Below, one piece after another: positions 1-7,410 of a stretch of DNA of 11,375 nt (within the stretch, counting starts at the first letter, position 1; each line of letters begins with the position of its first letter). The notes below the pieces were generated by a model that was not told where the DNA came from, did not search any database, and worked only from the letters and a program-made list of their open reading frames with translations. A program made the translations under genes and the position numbers. The DNA is from Campylobacterota bacterium. GTDB taxonomy: Bacteria > Campylobacterota > Campylobacteria > Campylobacterales > Sulfurimonadaceae. The DNA lies in NCBI GenBank assembly GCA_034717975.1, contig JAYEMF010000040.1, positions 1 through 11,375 on the forward strand, given 5' to 3'.

Positions 1-126
1 ATTGAGATTATGGACAAAATAGCACAGATTGACGATGTTGTAAAGAGAAATGAGGATTTCACTGATATAATCGCTACACTACGAAGCACCACTCAAAATT
101 TGCTTGGATTTAGGTGCGAAAGTTGA
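1..126 (+). CDS. Possible 3' end of an upstream gene (partial, product unknown)
   Basis: Frame +1 is open from base 1 to TGA at 124-126, giving IEIMDKIAQIDDVVKRNEDFTDIIATLRSTTQNLLGFRCES*, which looks amphipathic and helical. It ends 37 nt before the next gene. Too short to assign a family, and it could be a chance open frame. Confidence 0.45.
   Translation: MEIMDKIAQIDDVVKRNEDFTDIIATLRSTTQNLLGFRCES
63..71 (+). promoter_or_regulatory. Putative sigma70 extended -10 promoter element (TGnTATAAT)
   Basis: TGATATAAT at 63-71 is an exact match to the extended -10 consensus. It lies about 90 nt upstream of the first ATG (164) in the correct orientation. No clear -35 hexamer was seen. Confidence 0.55.
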
Positions 127-151
127 GTAGTAGAAATTAAAAAACCAACAC

Positions 152-156
152 AGGAG
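152..156 (+). promoter_or_regulatory. Ribosome binding site for the gene at 164
   Basis: AGGAG at 152-156, 7 nt before ATG 164, in an A-rich context. Confidence 0.85.
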
Positions 157-163
157 ACACAAA

Positions 164-1324
164 ATGATAGACTCAATGAGAAAAATGATATCGGACGATA
201 TCAAAAAAGCCTATGAATCAGGCAAAATGAGTGCACAGGATGTTAAAACGGTTGTTGAGAATGCCGTTTCAAAAGTAGTTGATAGCACAAAAGAGGGAGC
301 AACGGATATTAATGAAGTTGCAAAAGTGGCAGTTGTGGCTACAGTTACAGAATTGAAATCTGTAGGGAGTGCGACAAAAGAGCATATAGATGCAGCGGTT
401 AACGGGACAGTTGAGGGTATAAGTGCACATACCAAAGCAGCTATTAATGACATGGATATGGAGTTGCTAAAAACAAAGTATCGGCTTGAAGAGAAAAAAG
501 GGAATCTCGCTGTACATCTGAAAGATGCATTAAATGGTGCAAATGAAGCATCTTCCGCTTTTTCTGAAGAGATTAAAGCAGATATAGAAGATGCGGTTAC
601 CGATGCAAAATTAAAAAGCATTGAGCTCCTTGGTTTGATGCAAGAGACGATCAAGCAAAGCGTTAAAGTTATTATAGACGAAGGGAAAGATGTCGAAGCA
701 AAAGTTGCCCATATCACGAAAGAGGCCACTGAAAATGCATTAAGTGCTGGACGATTGAGTGCAGTAAAAACCAAAGAAGTTGCCGAGGCAGCGATTTTAG
801 CTGCTATTGAAGCGGCAGAAGAGGCTGGAAAAGAGGTTAAAGAGACAACTCAGGGTGCTGCAGAGGGTGCAAAGCAAGGTGTTGTAAAAACCATTGAAAA
901 GGTAAAAACAAAACTTGCAGAAGCTAAAGATGAAGTAGAAGATTTCGTAGAAGAAGATATAAAACAGACGATAGAAGATCTTGAAGCCATGAATGATGCT
1001 TTTGTCGAAGCACTCAGCAATTCAGCGAATAAAGTCGGTGATGTTGCAAAAGAGGTTCTGGATGAGAGTATTGATGGAATGAAGGAAAATGCCTCCCAGA
1101 TTAAAGAGAGTGCCGAAGATGCAGCAGACGCAGCCCTTGGTTACCTGAAAGAGAGAGGTTCGCAAGCTGCCTATAGTGCAAAAGAGAAGGTATTGGAAGC
1201 AGCAGAAGTGGCAAAAGAAGAGGTAATAGACTTATCTGAAAAAATGGTAAAAATTGCCAAAGGGGCATTTTCGGGTATGATTGAAGGTGCAAAAAAAGCA
1301 ATGAAAAAAGAAGAGGAGAAATAG
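164..1324 (+). CDS. Hypothetical all-alpha amphipathic protein with apolipoprotein/LEA-like 11-mer repeats (possibly DUF6781-related)
   Basis: 386-aa ORF with a strong RBS. Rich in A/K/E/V/D, with no Pro, Cys or Trp and no signal peptide or TM segment. It has a C-terminal 11-residue periodicity and an internal duplication. The DUF6781 resemblance is from memory and unverified. Confidence is high for the CDS and low for the function. Confidence 0.85.
   Translation: MIDSMRKMISDDIKKAYESGKMSAQDVKTVVENAVSKVVDSTKEGATDINEVAKVAVVATVTELKSVGSATKEHIDAAVNGTVEGISAHTKAAINDMDMELLKTKYRLEEKKGNLAVHLKDALNGANEASSAFSEEIKADIEDAVTDAKLKSIELLGLMQETIKQSVKVIIDEGKDVEAKVAHITKEATENALSAGRLSAVKTKEVAEAAILAAIEAAEEAGKEVKETTQGAAEGAKQGVVKTIEKVKTKLAEAKDEVEDFVEEDIKQTIEDLEAMNDAFVEALSNSANKVGDVAKEVLDESIDGMKENASQIKESAEDAADAALGYLKERGSQAAYSAKEKVLEAAEVAKEEVIDLSEKMVKIAKGAFSGMIEGAKKAMKKEEEK
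1046..1309 (+). repeat. Eight tandem degenerate 11-aa (33-nt) amphipathic repeats within the 164..1324 CDS
   Basis: Residues 295-382 parse as AKEVLDESIDG / MKENASQIKES / AEDAADAALGY / LKERGSQAAYS / AKEKVLEAAEV / AKEEVIDLSEK / MVKIAKGAFSG / MIEGAKKAMKK. Five of the eight units begin hydrophobic-K-E. Confidence 0.75.
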
Positions 1325-1326
1325 TC

Positions 1327-1629
1327 ATGGAACGAGTTACTGCTGACGATATCGTCAAAATGGGTTTAGGTGCCATGCTGGTAGCCAAGGAGAAAGTGGA
1401 AGGTTTTGTTGATGAAGCGATGAAACAAGGCGATATCAGTAAGGAAGAGGGAGAGAAATTTCTTGACAATCTCAAAAAAGAGTTTGAAGGAAAAACAACG
1501 GATGCGGAAAAAAGTCTGCATAACGTGATCCATAAAGAGTTGAAAAACCTTGGAGTTGCCACAAAAGAGGACATTGCCTCTTTGCGACACGAAATTACCG
1601 CGCTTAAACACGAAATCCAGAAAAAATAA
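1327..1629 (+). CDS. Phasin-family / PHA granule-associated-like small protein (COG3937-like)
   Basis: 100 aa with the family pattern GLGA...KEKVE.FVDE..K.G.IS.EEG..F and C-terminal LGVATKEDI..L..EI..L. RBS AGGAG at 1314-1318. Sits directly upstream of an ABC1/UbiB kinase, a commonly seen pairing. Confidence 0.8.
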   Translation: MERVTADDIVKMGLGAMLVAKEKVEGFVDEAMKQGDISKEEGEKFLDNLKKEFEGKTTDAEKSLHNVIHKELKNLGVATKEDIASLRHEITALKHEIQKK

Positions 1630-1634
1630 GCGCC

Positions 1635-3299
1635 ATGTTCCAGGTTTCACAAACAATTGCAAACCTTAAAAGGTTTCATCAGATCATGGCTGTTCTGACC
1701 AAGAACGGATTTGATGATATTGTTGTGACCATTACTGCAGAGGGTGGATTTAATCTCCCCTTTGTTTCAAAAGAGAACGAAACAGCCAAACTCAGTAAAA
1801 GTGAAAGGATCAGAAAGACCATTGAGGAGCTTGGCCCGACATTTATCAAGTTTGCCCAGATTTTATCGACCAGACCGGATCTGATATCGCTGGATCTGAT
1901 TAAAGAGTTTGAAAAACTTCAGGATGAAGTTACTCCTATGCCATTTGAGAAGATTGAGACGGTCTTTCAAGAGGAGTTTGGCAAGAGTACAGACGAACTT
2001 TTTAGTGAGAAACCACTGCTGTTGGCTTCTGCTTCGATAGGGCAAGTCTATAAAACCAGGCTTTTCAGCGGCGAAGAGGTGGTCGTAAAGGTCAGAAAAC
2101 CGGGCATAGAAGAGGCTATACAGTCTGACCTGGAGATCTTGCGCCAGATCGCTTCCATGCTCGAAGGAAAACTTTACAACTACGGCATAGACTCTGCAAA
2201 AGATATTGTCGAGGAGTTTGCAAGAACCATAAAAAAAGAACTCAACTTTACCCTCGAGGCACTGAACCTGAAACGGTTTTATACCGCTTTTGAAAAGAAT
2301 GACAAGATCGTCGTGCCAAGATTTTTTGAAGAGTACTCCAACGAGCGAGTGCTTGTCATGGAATATATCGACGGCATAAAAGTTTCCGATAGTCAAAAAC
2401 TGGAAGCCGAAGGGATCGAGCCCAAAGAGATAGCCAAAAAAGGTTTTGGCCTGATCTGTGAGCAGATATTCAAACACCGGTTTTTTCATGCCGACCCTCA
2501 TCCGGGCAATATCTTTGTGCTCAAAAATTCCAAGATCGCTTTTATAGATTTTGGCATGATGGGAAAGATCACGCAAAAAGAGCAAAAAGAGTTTACGGAG
2601 CTTATCTACTACATTGTAAAAAATGAAGAGGAAAAAGCGGCTCTTATAGTCTTGAAAATGGCAAAGGTGCCGGACAATATCGATACGGACGGTTTTTCCA
2701 AAGAGATGGGCGATCTTTTCAGTACCTATTTTTACAGCTCTTTGAAAACGATCAAGATCAAAGCCATTTTTGACGATGCAACTGCAGTGATGGCAAAATA
2801 CAGGGTCTATTTCAGAGAGGACTACTATCTGCTTTTCAAGGCACTGATTACCATCGAAGGTGTCGGAAAGGGTCTGGATCCGGAGTTTAATGCCAGCGAG
2901 GAGATCAAACCGATCATCGTCGATTTTTATAAGGAGCAGGTCTCTTTAAAAAGTATGTTGTCAAAAATAAGCGACGCACCAAAAGAGATGGCAGAGTTCC
3001 TGACCGATTTTCCGGAAAAATCAAAAAAACTGCTCAATCTTATGACGGACGGCAAATTTAAAATGGAATTTGAGCATTACGGACTTGAGAAGTTGGAAGA
3101 GACAACAGAAAAATCGTTCAACAGACTCTCCCTCTCTGTCATAATTGCGGCAATCCTTATTGGCTCATCTCTTCTCCTGCTTGCGAAAACACCACCTCTG
3201 ATCTTTGAGATACCGATTTTGGGACTGGCCGGTTTTGTCGTCGCTTTGGTGATGAGTTTTGTGTTAATCGTCTCCATTTTTAAGAAGGGAAGGCTTTAG
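1635..3299 (+). CDS. ABC1/AarF/UbiB-family atypical protein kinase-like ATPase, membrane anchored
   Basis: Motifs ELGPTFIKFAQILSTRPDL, LQDEV, A-rich loop LASASIGQVY, VVVKVRKPG, ELNF..E..N, catalytic FFHADPHPGN and IDFGM. Two hydrophobic C-terminal helices (LSLSVIIAAILIGSSLLLL; ILGLAGFVVALVMSFVLIVSIF). Confidence 0.95.
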   Translation: MFQVSQTIANLKRFHQIMAVLTKNGFDDIVVTITAEGGFNLPFVSKENETAKLSKSERIRKTIEELGPTFIKFAQILSTRPDLISLDLIKEFEKLQDEVTPMPFEKIETVFQEEFGKSTDELFSEKPLLLASASIGQVYKTRLFSGEEVVVKVRKPGIEEAIQSDLEILRQIASMLEGKLYNYGIDSAKDIVEEFARTIKKELNFTLEALNLKRFYTAFEKNDKIVVPRFFEEYSNERVLVMEYIDGIKVSDSQKLEAEGIEPKEIAKKGFGLICEQIFKHRFFHADPHPGNIFVLKNSKIAFIDFGMMGKITQKEQKEFTELIYYIVKNEEEKAALIVLKMAKVPDNIDTDGFSKEMGDLFSTYFYSSLKTIKIKAIFDDATAVMAKYRVYFREDYYLLFKALITIEGVGKGLDPEFNASEEIKPIIVDFYKEQVSLKSMLSKISDAPKEMAEFLTDFPEKSKKLLNLMTDGKFKMEFEHYGLEKLEETTEKSFNRLSLSVIIAAILIGSSLLLLAKTPPLIFEIPILGLAGFVVALVMSFVLIVSIFKKGRL

Positions 3300-4601
3300 A
3301 TGAGATATTTTAGCTACCTCTGGCTCCTGATCTCCACCATAAGTTTTGGAAGTTCCCTGGAAGAGACGATAGCCTTGAGTGAACAGAACCCATCCATTCA
3401 GGCTGCCATGCAACAAGCTAAAGTCTATGAACAACTACACGATACGGCAAAATCGGGAAACTACCCCTCGCTCGACCTCTCTTACGGTGCGACTTACCTG
3501 AATGAAGATCCTGTAGTATATCTGCAGGGCTCTTTTCCGGGGCTTCCTCCGGGTACTGCCATGCAGGTACAGGCCAGAAATCTCTACAGCGGCGCACTGA
3601 AGCTGACCTATCCGCTTTTTACGGGCTTTGCCATAACTGCCCGGATCGATGAAGCAAAACTCCGAATGCACAGAGCTTCACTTGAAGCAGACGATGCCAA
3701 GCGTAACCTCTATATGGGCATTGTGCGGGCTTATGCGGCAGCAGTGACCATGAAACATCTGATGGCATCACAGGAAGAAGCACTGAAAGCGACACAAAAA
3801 AGTTACGACAAAGCCAAAGGCTTTTTTGAACTCGGCATGTGTTCTGCTTCCGAACTTTACCGCATCGAAGCCAGTCTGCATGCGATTAAGTCGGAACAGA
3901 TTAAAACGGAGAACCGGCACAAGATAGCACTGAGTCAGCTCTCCCTGATGACACGCTCAACGATCAAGGATGTGGAACCGCTTCCGCAGATACAAGAGCT
4001 TTCCCTTGAGCAGTTAACGCAAAAAGCCATGCAGAACCGTCCAGATCTTCAGGCAATGCGTCTTATGGTGAAAGAGCAGCAGAGCAAAGTCGACCTGGCA
4101 AAGAGTAGCTACTACCCAACTGTCGGTCTTTTCGCCCAGGCGGCACGCGTTGGAGACGGCCCGGAACTCGATGGAGACGGCTACACCAATAAAGACAGAA
4201 GTGCTGCGGGGTTTCAGGTCAACTACAACCTCTTTTCCGGCTTCCAATCACAAAGTCAGCTTGAAGCGGCTAGAGAAGGGAAACTGAGCGCGGAGCTGAT
4301 GCTTCAGTTCTATATAGACAAAGTGACTACAGAGGTACATGAAAGCTTTCTAACATACAGATCACTTCTAAGTGAACGCGAAGCGGCCAGAGCCCAGCTT
4401 AAAGCCCAAGAGTCCTATGAGAAACTGCTTGAAGGGCAGTTTGATAATCAGCTTGCCGATGCTGACCAGCTAAGCCGTGCCATCTCATCATTGGCAATGG
4501 CACGCGCCGCGCTGATCGCGGTAGAAGCCAGGCTCTACACGGCATACAGCAAAGCACTTTTGCAAGTCGACAATGAAACCTTTTTAAGTACGCTTAAATA
4601 A
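3300..4601 (+). CDS. TolC-family outer membrane efflux protein
   Basis: 433 aa with an N-terminal signal peptide (no lipobox Cys). Duplicated OEP pattern: NPSIQAA...YPSLDLS...LTYPLFTGF and NRPDL...YYPTVGL...VNYNLFSGF. Adjacent to HlyD and ABC genes. Confidence 0.92.
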   Translation: MRYFSYLWLLISTISFGSSLEETIALSEQNPSIQAAMQQAKVYEQLHDTAKSGNYPSLDLSYGATYLNEDPVVYLQGSFPGLPPGTAMQVQARNLYSGALKLTYPLFTGFAITARIDEAKLRMHRASLEADDAKRNLYMGIVRAYAAAVTMKHLMASQEEALKATQKSYDKAKGFFELGMCSASELYRIEASLHAIKSEQIKTENRHKIALSQLSLMTRSTIKDVEPLPQIQELSLEQLTQKAMQNRPDLQAMRLMVKEQQSKVDLAKSSYYPTVGLFAQAARVGDGPELDGDGYTNKDRSAAGFQVNYNLFSGFQSQSQLEAAREGKLSAELMLQFYIDKVTTEVHESFLTYRSLLSEREAARAQLKAQESYEKLLEGQFDNQLADADQLSRAISSLAMARAALIAVEARLYTAYSKALLQVDNETFLSTLK

Positions 4602-4615
4602 TATGGAGAAATAAA

Positions 4616-5767
4616 ATGATCAAAAAACATGGATTGACCGTCATTATCATTATTTTGCTGGCTATCGCCTCTTTTTTTATCTATATAAAGCTCAATCCGC
4701 CAATACTGCCGGAAAATCTTATTGCCGGATCAGGGAGACTTGATGGTGATATTATTGCACTGAATACCAAGTACCCGGGGCGGCTGGAGAGTGTTTCGGT
4801 GCAAGAGGGTCAGTTTGTGAAGCGCGGCAACGTGGTCGCTCATCTGCAAAGTGATGAGTTTCAGGCAAAACTGCGGGCCCTGAACGAGACGATTGCTGCA
4901 GCCAAAGAGGGATTGGTCGCCTTGGATCAGGAGTATAAGCTTGCTAAAGAGAGCATCCCTATTGAGATCAAAAAAGCCAAGCAGGCTGTTGAGATAGCTA
5001 TAGCACAAAAAAAGGAGCTTGAAGATTCGCTCGCAGCTCTGGAGGCGGTGGTGGCACAGGATCAAAGAGATTACAACCGCACACAGATCCTTTATGATAA
5101 ACAGCTGATCGGCAAACAGAAGGTGGAACTTTCCAAACTCAAGCTGACCGGCGACACCAGTAAGCTTGCGGCATTGCAGCAAAAAGCCCTGCAGATTGAA
5201 AAAGGGATAGGCATTGCCAAAGACAATGTCAATCTGGCCAAAAACCAGCAAAAGAAGCTTCTTGCCATTCATGCCAACATCAATGCAACAAAGAAAAAGA
5301 TCGATGCGTTGCAAGCTAACAGAGACGAGTTGCAGATCATCATCGAGCAGCTTGCCATAAAATCGCCGATTGACGGTATGGTCATCGAAAAAGTGGCACA
5401 GCCGGGCGAAGTCATCGGCTCCGGAATGATCATAGCCACCCTGATTGATCCGCAGACCCTCTACCTGAAAATGTTTGTCGATACGCTCGAAAATGGAAAG
5501 ATCAAGATCGGAGACAAGGCCGTCATCTTTTTGGACAGTCATCCCGATACGGCGATTGAAGCGCAGATTGTCAGAATCGGACAAAAAGCGGAGTTTACTC
5601 CTAAAGAAGTCAATGTCAAAAGTGATCGGATTCAGCGGATGTACGCAGTGCATATCAAACCGATAAAACCCAACCTGCTGTTTAAGATTGGTCTTCCGGC
5701 TATCAGTATCATCTCCACAGACGGTGAGGGCCTTCCGACCAGTCTCAGTGAGATTCCGGAACTGTAG
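4616..5767 (+). CDS. HlyD-family periplasmic adaptor (membrane fusion protein), YhiI/YbhG-like
   Basis: N-terminal TM anchor; lipoyl half-motifs KYPGRLESVSVQEGQFVKRG and IKSPIDGMV...PGEVI flanking a long coiled coil; AEFTPKEV...R motif typical of YhiI/YbhG. RBS GGAG at 4605-4608. Confidence 0.93.
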   Translation: MIKKHGLTVIIIILLAIASFFIYIKLNPPILPENLIAGSGRLDGDIIALNTKYPGRLESVSVQEGQFVKRGNVVAHLQSDEFQAKLRALNETIAAAKEGLVALDQEYKLAKESIPIEIKKAKQAVEIAIAQKKELEDSLAALEAVVAQDQRDYNRTQILYDKQLIGKQKVELSKLKLTGDTSKLAALQQKALQIEKGIGIAKDNVNLAKNQQKKLLAIHANINATKKKIDALQANRDELQIIIEQLAIKSPIDGMVIEKVAQPGEVIGSGMIIATLIDPQTLYLKMFVDTLENGKIKIGDKAVIFLDSHPDTAIEAQIVRIGQKAEFTPKEVNVKSDRIQRMYAVHIKPIKPNLLFKIGLPAISIISTDGEGLPTSLSEIPEL

Positions 5768-5775
5768 AATATAAC

Positions 5776-7410
5776 ATGTTGGCCCTACAGAATGTCTCCA
5801 TCCATTATCATGAAAAAGTTGCACTTCATCCGGTAAGCTTCGAAGCCAAAGAGGGAGAGATTCTGGGTCTCATCGGAGCTGATGGTTCCGGCAAAAGCTC
5901 ACTTATGCATGCGATAGCAGGGATAGTGGAATTTGATGGAGAGATCGTTTACAAAGGGCTTGCATACAGAAGCCAAAAAGAGTCGGAGAGAATAAAATCG
6001 GAACTTGGCCTAATGCCGCAGGGGCTGGGACTGATGCTTTATGATTCTCTGAGCATAGAAGAGCATCTGGAGTTTTTTGCCGATGTATGGGGCCTTAAAC
6101 AAGAGAGTGTCTATGAAGCCTACAAAGAGCGCCTGCTTCATATGGCCGGACTGACAGAGTTTAAAAAGCGACTGGCGGGAAATCTTAGCGGAGGGATGAG
6201 GCAAAAACTCTCTCTGGTCTGCACACTGCTGCACAAACCCAGACTCTTACTGCTGGATGAACCTACAACAGGAGTCGATCCATTAAGCCGGATCGAGTTG
6301 TGGGAAATTCTTCATGACATCGTTGAAGAGGAGAAGATTATCTGCCTTGTCAGCACTGCCTATATGGACGAGGCAGCGAAAATGGACGGTATCATGCTTT
6401 TTGATGAAGGAGAGGTGATAGCCCGGGGCAAATCAGATACGTTGATTGAGAGCATGCGGGCCTTTACTTACGAAGAGAGTTCCAAACCACTCTCGGACAC
6501 TATTACTGTACCTGGCTATACTTATTCACTGAGTCCAATCCCTATCGAAAAAAAAGAGCCGACACTTGAAGCGCTCTTCTTCGTTGATTTTTTAAAACAG
6601 AATAAAATCCTGCCCAGTATTGAAATCGGACGTAAAGAGCTAAATCATAACGGTACTTTTCCGGTGATGGAGGCCAAAAGCCTTACTAAACGCTTTAACG
6701 GTTTTGTGGCAAACGATTCGGTCTCTATGGTGCTGAATAAAGGTGAAATAGTAGGGCTGTTAGGCCCAAACGGTGCAGGAAAAACCACTTTTCTGAAAAT
6801 GCTTCTCGGACTGCTTCCGACGGATGATGGGGAACTTTATCTGCTTGGAAACAGCATTCAGAGCAGAGAAGACAGACGCCGGCTCAAAGGGCAAATAGGG
6901 TATGTCAGCCAGCGTTTTTCACTCTATAAAAAGCTGACTTTAAGAGAAAACCTTCTCTATTTTGCCCAAATGCACCATATTGAGACAACAAAGGCGCTCT
7001 CTTTAATACATGAATTTGCCCTAACGCTCGGATTTGAACAATATCTTGGCAAGCTTCCGACTGAACTTCCTTTGGGGATCAATCAACGTCTCTCCGTCGC
7101 AGCGGCGTTGCTGCATGAACCTGTAGTGCTTTTTTTGGATGAACCGACATCCGGAGTCGATACCGTGGCAAGAGCCGTATTTTGGGAGATTATGCATAAA
7201 CTCAAAGCATACTGGAATATCTCCATACTGGTTTCAACCCACTATATGAGCGAAGCGGCCTACTGTGACCGGGTTGTCTTATTGAAAGACGGAAAAAAAG
7301 TGGCAGACGATAGTGTCAATACGCTGTATGCACTTCATCCTGAAGCAGAAACGTTTGAAGAGATATTTATAGCATATTGCAAGCAGCCTGAAAGTGGAGT
7401 GGAACAATGA
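5776..7410 (+). CDS. ABC transporter ATP-binding protein with two NBDs (RbbA/YhiH N-terminal-like; YbhF-like architecture)
   Basis: NBD1: GADGSGKS, MPQGLG, LSGGM, LLLLDEPTTGVDP, STAY. NBD2: GPNGAGKT, YVSQRFSLY, LPLGI, LFLDEPTSGVD, STHY. Confidence 0.95.
   Translation: MLALQNVSIHYHEKVALHPVSFEAKEGEILGLIGADGSGKSSLMHAIAGIVEFDGEIVYKGLAYRSQKESERIKSELGLMPQGLGLMLYDSLSIEEHLEFFADVWGLKQESVYEAYKERLLHMAGLTEFKKRLAGNLSGGMRQKLSLVCTLLHKPRLLLLDEPTTGVDPLSRIELWEILHDIVEEEKIICLVSTAYMDEAAKMDGIMLFDEGEVIARGKSDTLIESMRAFTYEESSKPLSDTITVPGYTYSLSPIPIEKKEPTLEALFFVDFLKQNKILPSIEIGRKELNHNGTFPVMEAKSLTKRFNGFVANDSVSMVLNKGEIVGLLGPNGAGKTTFLKMLLGLLPTDDGELYLLGNSIQSREDRRRLKGQIGYVSQRFSLYKKLTLRENLLYFAQMHHIETTKALSLIHEFALTLGFEQYLGKLPTELPLGINQRLSVAAALLHEPVVLFLDEPTSGVDTVARAVFWEIMHKLKAYWNISILVSTHYMSEAAYCDRVVLLKDGKKVADDSVNTLYALHPEAETFEEIFIAYCKQPESGVEQ

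Noticed and set aside
86..135. Rho-independent terminator after the upstream ORF
   Set aside because: The stems are short and imperfect, overlap the putative stop codon and lack a following U-tract on the plus strand.
211..774. 187-aa hydrophobic-looking minus-strand ORF
   Set aside because: Antisense shadow of the A/K/E-rich gene. Reverse complements of GAA/AAA/GCA codons yield the F/S/A-rich pseudo-membrane sequence.
1101..2585. Minus-strand ORFs 1101..1574, 1366..1662 and 1863..2585
   Set aside because: They fully overlap well-supported plus-strand genes and show no motifs or convincing RBS.
1635..3299. Naming the kinase ubiB (ubiquinone biosynthesis)
   Set aside because: Family membership is clear, but there is no ubiE/ubiJ context and the KxGQ motif is variant, so orthology is not supported.
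4730..5824. 364-aa minus-strand ORF
   Set aside because: It lies antisense to the clearly identified HlyD gene and the start of the ATPase, has no recognisable motifs, and is best explained as a codon-bias shadow frame.
6548..6555. A8 homopolymer in the ATPase linker (also A7 runs elsewhere) as a phase-variation or frameshift site
   Set aside because: The reading frame is intact, A-runs are expected from Lys/Glu codons, and no long poly-G/C tract typical of contingency loci is present.
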